Shown piece by piece: positions 58,935 to 64,000 of a stretch of 64,000 nt of DNA. Where the stretch lies: NCBI GenBank assembly GCA_963667785.2, contig CAXXMU010000002.1, positions 1-64,000 on the forward strand. The letters are read 5' to 3'. The translations under genes were made by a program, and so were the position numbers. The stretch's first letter is position 1, and each line of letters opens with the position of its first letter. The DNA comes from Alphaproteobacteria bacterium (GTDB lineage Bacteria; Pseudomonadota; Alphaproteobacteria; UBA828). Below the pieces are notes generated by a model. The model was given only the letters and a program-made list of their open reading frames with translations. It had not been told where the DNA came from and ran no database searches.

Positions 58935-60980
58935 TTAACTCTCCGCTATGCGCAGGAAGCCGTGGTCGTCGACGGCGAGCGTCTGGCCGGGCTGGACCAC
59001 GGTGGTGGACGAGCGCTCCTCGATGACGAGCGGGCCGGCGGCACTGAAGCCGGGGGGCAGCAGGTCGCGCTCGTAGACGGCCGCCTCGTGCCGGCCGTCG
59101 TCGCCGAAATCGACCTCGCGGCTCCCCTTGAGCGCGCGCGCGGGCGAGCGGCCGTCCGCCCCGATCGGCTGGACGGTGGGGCGCGCGACCTCAGCCTGCG
59201 CGGTCAGGCGGAAGGTCACGAACTCGACCGGCGTGTCGTCCAGCCGGTAGGCATAGGTGCGGGCGTGGGCGGCGTGGAAGGCGGCGACGATCTCTTCCAC
59301 CGTCGCGCGCTCGGCGTCGATGGCGCCGACCGTCACGGGGTGCTCCTGCCCCTCGTAGCGGAGGTCGATCTGCAGCGCGTGCTCGAGGCGCGCGGCGCCA
59401 AGGCCGGCATCGGCGAAGTAGCGCTCGGCCTCGGCTAGGAGCGCATCGCGCAGGCGCCTGATCTCGTCCATCGTGATCGCGCCGGCGGGCTTTGGCGCCG
59501 TGCGCACGAAATCCTGGCGCGGGCGCATGGCGAGCATGCCCCAGGCCGAGAAGAGCCCTGGGTGGCGCGGCACGACGATCTCCTTGACCCCGAGCTCGCG
59601 GCCGAGCGCGGCCCCGTGCATCGGCCCGCCGCCGCCGCCGACCACCAGCGCGAAGTCGCGCGGGTCGTGGCCGCGCTCGATGGAGACGAGCTTCAGCGCG
59701 TCGATCATGGTGGCCTCGGCCAGGCGGACGACGGCGTTCGCTGCCGCCTCCGTCGTGCAGCCCAGGCCGTCCGCGACGGTGGAGAGGGCCTCGTGGGCGC
59801 GGCCGATGTCGAGGTCGAAGCGGCCGGCGGCGAAGTAGGCCGGGTTGAGCGCGCCGGCGATCAGCTTCGCGTCCGTCACCGTGGGCGCCGTCCCGCCGCG
59901 GCCGTAGCAGGCGGGCCCCGGATCGGCGCCGGCGCTGGCCGGCCCGATGCGCAGCCCGCCCGCCTCGTCGAACCAGGCGATCGAGCCGCCGCCGGCGCCG
60001 ATCTCCACGATATCCACGACGGGCACCCGGATCGGGAACCCCGGCTCGCGGTGGGAGGCGCCGTGGGCGTGCTCGGTCGTCACGCGCGCCTCGCCGCCCT
60101 CGATGGTGGAGCACTTGGCGGTCGTGCCGCCGACGTCGAGATAGATCAGATCGTCCCGGCCGGAGAGCGCGCCCACCAGTGCGGCGCCGCTGACACCTGC
60201 GGCGGGTCCCGATTCGAGCAGCGTGATCGGGTGGGCCTTGGCCCAGGCGAAGCTGGTGGTCCCGCCGTTCGACTGAACCGCCATCAGCGGCGCGTCGATG
60301 CCCCGGCCGCGCAGCGCCTGCTCGAGGGACTCGAGATAGCGGCGGACGATGGGCTGGACGTAGGCGTTGAGCACGATCGTGCTGGCGCGCTCGTACTCGC
60401 GCCATTCCCGAGTGATTTCGTGGGAGGCGCTGACCGCGACGCCCGGCAGCTGGGCGCGCAGGTATTCGGTGCAGGCGCTCTCGTGCGCGGGCTCGGCGTA
60501 GCTGTTGACCAGCATGATCGCGACCGCCTCGATCCCCGCCCGGCGGCAGTCCTCGATCACCGGGTCGAGGTCCTCCAGCCGGAGCGGCTCGATCTCCCGG
60601 CCGCCCGGATCGAGCCTGCCGCGCACCTCGTAGCGGTGGCGCCGCGGCACGAAGGGCCGGGGCTTGCGGTAGCGGATGTTGAACATGTCGGGCCGGTTGG
60701 CCCGGCCGAGCTCCAGCACGTCGCGGAAGCCCTCGGTATTGACGAGCGCCGTCCGCGCCCCGGTGCGCTCGGTGATCGCGTTCACCACCGTCGTGCCGCC
60801 ATGGATGAAGTAATCGACCGTCTCCGGCGCGATGCCGGATCGTTCGACCGCCTCGAGCACGCCCTGCTCAAGCGCGCCCGGCGTGGTCAGCACCTTGGTC
60901 GAGGTGAGGCCGCCCGCGCTCTCGTCGAAGAACACGAGGTCGGTGAAGGTGCCGCCGATATCAACCGCGAGACGGCCCAT
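58935..60980 (-). CDS. Hydantoinase A / 5-oxoprolinase family subunit
   Basis: AVDIGGTFTD, REYERAST, ESGPAAG, DVGGTT, IGAGGGS, SAGADPGPACY. Confidence 0.92.
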   Translation of the reverse strand: MGRLAVDIGGTFTDLVFFDESAGGLTSTKVLTTPGALEQGVLEAVERSGIAPETVDYFIHGGTTVVNAITERTGARTALVNTEGFRDVLELGRANRPDMFNIRYRKPRPFVPRRHRYEVRGRLDPGGREIEPLRLEDLDPVIEDCRRAGIEAVAIMLVNSYAEPAHESACTEYLRAQLPGVAVSASHEITREWREYERASTIVLNAYVQPIVRRYLESLEQALRGRGIDAPLMAVQSNGGTTSFAWAKAHPITLLESGPAAGVSGAALVGALSGRDDLIYLDVGGTTAKCSTIEGGEARVTTEHAHGASHREPGFPIRVPVVDIVEIGAGGGSIAWFDEAGGLRIGPASAGADPGPACYGRGGTAPTVTDAKLIAGALNPAYFAAGRFDLDIGRAHEALSTVADGLGCTTEAAANAVVRLAEATMIDALKLVSIERGHDPRDFALVVGGGGGPMHGAALGRELGVKEIVVPRHPGLFSAWGMLAMRPRQDFVRTAPKPAGAITMDEIRRLRDALLAEAERYFADAGLGAARLEHALQIDLRYEGQEHPVTVGAIDAERATVEEIVAAFHAAHARTYAYRLDDTPVEFVTFRLTAQAEVARPTVQPIGADGRSPARALKGSREVDFGDDGRHEAAVYERDLLPPGFSAAGPLVIEERSSTTVVQPGQTLAVDDHGFLRIAES

Positions 60981-62703
60981 GCGCTCCCGCTCGCCGACGG
61001 CGGCAGGCCTCCGTCGCGGCCCCATCGAGGGCGCCGTCCGCGTCGATGACGACGCCGTAGTCGGCGCGCGCCGCCGCTGCGCCGACGTAGCCGTCGAGCA
61101 CGTCGTCGAGAACCGCCTCGGCGGGGCGGGCGAGGGGGTCTCCGTAGCCGCCGCCACCGCCGGTCACGATGCGCACGCGGTCGCCGCGCGCGAGCGCACC
61201 CTTCTGGGTGCGCCCGTAACGCTCCGCCGCGCCGTTCCGCACGATCTCGTAGCCGTTGCAGGAGCCGGGGCCGCCGCCGGCCATGCCCCAGGGCCGCTCG
61301 GCGTTGCGCCCCATGCCGCCATAGACGAAGGCGTCGTCGCCCAGGATCTCGTACTCGCGGATCGCGCCGAATCCCCCGCGCCAGCGGCCGGCGCCGGCGC
61401 CGGCCTCGGTATTGAGCGCGTAGCGGTGCATCCGCAGCGGCGCGCGCGCCTCCAGCAGCTCGAGCGAGTAGTTGTATAGATCGCCCTGCGGGGCGGCCGG
61501 CAGCACGCTGGTCCCATCGGCGCCGGCTGCTGCGCCGAAACCACCGGCGGATGCTTCGATGTGCACGAACTGCTCGCCGGTGCCGGGCCACCGGGCGCCC
61601 AGCAGCACGACGCAGATGCTCATGTAGCTGCCGGCCGTGAGCCGCTCGGGCACCAGCGGGGCCATCGCCTTCCAGACCAGCTCCGCGCCCTGCGCCATCG
61701 GCTCGTAGAACCAGCCCATCGCCGCCGGCGCGCGGGCGTTAAAGACCGAGCCTTCCGGCGCGGTCACCCGGAGCGGGCGATACCAGCCCTCGTTGGACGG
61801 CCCGTGAGGGTCGACGATCGCCTTGAACACCACCTTGACGCCGCAGAGCAGCATCTCCAGCGAGCAGTTCATCGGGCCGGGAAGCTGGTCGCAGGAGCCG
61901 GCGAAATCGAACTCGATCTCGTCGCCCGCGATCGTCATGCGCATGTGCACCGGGTACTGGGTGTCGCTGAAGCCGTCGCCGTCGATGAAGTCGTCGGCCT
62001 CGTAGACGCCGTCCGGCAGGGCCGCCACCGCCGCGCGGGCGAGCCGTTCGCTGGTATCGAGCACGTGGTCGAAGGCGGCCAGCACGGCGTCGGCACCGTA
62101 CTTCGCGACCGCCTCGCGGAGCCGGGTCTCGCCGATCCTGAGCGCGGCCACCTGCGCGTTGAGGTCGCCGAGCGACATCCGCGGCAGGCGGACATTGGCC
62201 GCGATCAGCTCGACAAGCTCCTCCTGCCGCTCGCCGGCGCGGTAGAGCCGCATGATCGGGAAGCGGATGCCCTCCTGGTAGATCTCGACGGCGTCCGGCG
62301 AGAGCGAGCCCGGCGCCATGCCGCCCACCTCGGTCCAGTGGGCGTAGGAGCTGGCGAAGGCGATCAGCCTGTCTTCCTCGAAGATCGGCGCGACGAGCAG
62401 CACGTCGTTCAGGTGCGAGCCGCCGAGATAGGGGTCGTTGGTCATGAAGACGTCGCCGGGGCGGATGGTATCGCCGTACTTCGCGGCAATCGCGTTGATC
62501 TGCGGCCCGAACAGCGCCGAGAAGGCGGCCACCCCGTGCGAGCCGGCGATCAGCCGGCCGCGCGCATCGGAGATGCCGCAGCCGAAGTCGTAGACCTCGT
62601 AGATGACCGGGCTCATCGCGCTGCGCGCGAGCACGACGCCCATCTCGCGCGCGAGGGCCTCGAGCTTGCCCCGGATGATCTGCAGCGTGACCGCATCGGC
62701 CAT
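60961..62703 (-). CDS. Hydantoinase B / 5-oxoprolinase family subunit
   Basis: NDPYLGGSHLND, HWTEVGG..PGS, QEGIRFP, GAGRWRGG, GGGGGYGDP. Confidence 0.92.
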   Translation of the reverse strand: MADAVTLQIIRGKLEALAREMGVVLARSAMSPVIYEVYDFGCGISDARGRLIAGSHGVAAFSALFGPQINAIAAKYGDTIRPGDVFMTNDPYLGGSHLNDVLLVAPIFEEDRLIAFASSYAHWTEVGGMAPGSLSPDAVEIYQEGIRFPIMRLYRAGERQEELVELIAANVRLPRMSLGDLNAQVAALRIGETRLREAVAKYGADAVLAAFDHVLDTSERLARAAVAALPDGVYEADDFIDGDGFSDTQYPVHMRMTIAGDEIEFDFAGSCDQLPGPMNCSLEMLLCGVKVVFKAIVDPHGPSNEGWYRPLRVTAPEGSVFNARAPAAMGWFYEPMAQGAELVWKAMAPLVPERLTAGSYMSICVVLLGARWPGTGEQFVHIEASAGGFGAAAGADGTSVLPAAPQGDLYNYSLELLEARAPLRMHRYALNTEAGAGAGRWRGGFGAIREYEILGDDAFVYGGMGRNAERPWGMAGGGPGSCNGYEIVRNGAAERYGRTQKGALARGDRVRIVTGGGGGYGDPLARPAEAVLDDVLDGYVGAAAARADYGVVIDADGALDGAATEACRRRRAGAHGPSRG

Positions 62704-62744
62704 GGGCGGATCATAGCACCGCGCCACGCCCGAGGCGTTCTGGA

Positions 62745-64000
62745 CTAGGGAGCCGCCAGCGCGCCGTCGTCGCGATCCCGGGCGGCCCTCTCGGGCGAAC
62801 GCCGGCCGGCCTCGCCATAGCCCGCGCCGCCGCCGGTGCTCATCACCACGAGGTCGCCCTTCGCCAGCCGGAAGCTCGTCTTCGAGCCGAGCGCGATCCG
62901 CTCGTTGCCGCGCAGCACGCAGACCGACGCGGCGCCGCCGTCCTCGCCGCCGAAGAGCCCCTCGGGCGGGATCGCGAAGCGGTCGGAGTAGGACTGGTAC
63001 TCGACATCGTCGGCCAGCACCTCGTAGACGCGCCGGATTCCGAGCCCGCCGCGCTGCTCGCCGCCGCCGCCCGAGCCCAGCACGAGCGCGTACTCCACCA
63101 CCCGGAAGAACCGGTGCTCCATGTCGATGGCTTCGATGGGAATGTTCGAGCAGTTCGAGAGCGGGCTGTCCACCGCATCGCAGCCGTCGCCCAGCGCGCT
63201 CGCGCCATAGCCGCCGCCGAATATCTCGAGATAGATGCCGTAGCCCCCCTCGCCGAGGTGCGAGAGGCAGGTGGCGTGGGTGGAATCGAAGCCGGCCGCC
63301 ATCACCCGCTCGGGCACCGCCTCGGCCAGCGCCTTCATCACCGCGTTGTAGGCGCGGTAGGCCGACAGCATGCGGGCGCGCACCGGCGCAGGGGGGCGGG
63401 GATTGAGCATCGAGCCGTAGGGTGCTGCGATGCTGATCGGCCGCTTCGAGCCTTCGTTGAAGGGAATGTCGGGGCTCGTGAGCACCGACTTGATGCAGGA
63501 GAGCCCCGCCGCGATGGTCGACGCGAAGGGGCAGTTCACGTTGGTCCGGACCTGATCGCAGGTTCCCGCGTAGTCGACGGAGACGCTGTCGCCGGCGATC
63601 TCCACCCGCGCGCGGACCACCAGCGGCTCGTCGTTCACCCCGTCGCCGTCGAGCTGATCCTCGCCGTGGTAGACGCCGTCCGGCGCCGCGGCGATGGCGG
63701 CACGCATGCGCTGCTCCGAATAGTCGAGCAGCGCGGCCATCGCCTCCGTCACCGCGTCCGCCCCGAACTTCTCGCAGAGCTCCGTCACGCGCCGCGCGCC
63801 CACCCCGTTCGCCGCGAACTGCGCGTTGCAGTCGCCGATGGTCTTCTCCGGCACGCGCACGTTCGCGCGCACCAGGCGCTCGAGCGGGCCGCCGTTCCAG
63901 TCGCGGTTCACGTTGTAGCGGCTCGGCGGGAAGATGAGGCCTTCCTGGTGGACGTCGCCGGCGGCCATGTTGAGCCCCGGCGCCCCGCCGCCGAGGTCGA
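62745..64000 (-). CDS. Second hydantoinase B / oxoprolinase subunit (runs off the right edge)
   Basis: HQEGLIFPP, GGGYGA, SGGGGEQRGG, GGGAGYG; frame open to the window end. Confidence 0.9.
   Translation of the reverse strand, partial: DLGGGAPGLNMAAGDVHQEGLIFPPSRYNVNRDWNGGPLERLVRANVRVPEKTIGDCNAQFAANGVGARRVTELCEKFGADAVTEAMAALLDYSEQRMRAAIAAAPDGVYHGEDQLDGDGVNDEPLVVRARVEIAGDSVSVDYAGTCDQVRTNVNCPFASTIAAGLSCIKSVLTSPDIPFNEGSKRPISIAAPYGSMLNPRPPAPVRARMLSAYRAYNAVMKALAEAVPERVMAAGFDSTHATCLSHLGEGGYGIYLEIFGGGYGASALGDGCDAVDSPLSNCSNIPIEAIDMEHRFFRVVEYALVLGSGGGGEQRGGLGIRRVYEVLADDVEYQSYSDRFAIPPEGLFGGEDGGAASVCVLRGNERIALGSKTSFRLAKGDLVVMSTGGGAGYGEAGRRSPERAARDRDDGALAAP

Overview
GC-rich bacterial DNA, most consistent with an alphaproteobacterium (inferred from the ybbN-LON-Trm112-DUF971 block and the intergenic palindrome families). 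Several single-base frameshifts in otherwise intact genes suggest long-read indel errors. Layout: (1) 1-3.0 kb: citrate synthase 3' end converging on pta-xsc (sulfoacetaldehyde desulfonation). (2) 3.2-10.7 kb: betaine-type ABC transporter, amidinotransferase-fold hydrolase, LysR regulator and an atypical ureohydrolase, together a candidate guanidino-compound catabolic locus. (3) ~11.3-25.3 kb: mosaic, decaying genomic island ending in a P4-type integrase and a tRNA-3'-end-like palindromic att site. Its cargo is three lipoproteins (one a subtilase-like autotransporter, one a PEGA-repeat protein), a FitAB-type toxin-antitoxin pair, an orphan two-domain putative His-Me nuclease, a second integrase and several gene remnants. 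(4) 25.3-64 kb: catabolic and housekeeping genes, including a voltage-gated channel with a TLEDWTD filter, an orphan TmoE-like monooxygenase subunit with beta-oxidation genes, a secreted C1q/TNF-like protein, potABCD-like ABC, TcuA-like and OYE-family flavoproteins, PPK2, GMC oxidoreductases and hydantoinase/oxoprolinase subunits, with several REP/MITE-like palindromes. No rRNA, intact tRNA or CRISPR array was seen. All calls come from motif recognition by eye; no searches were run.
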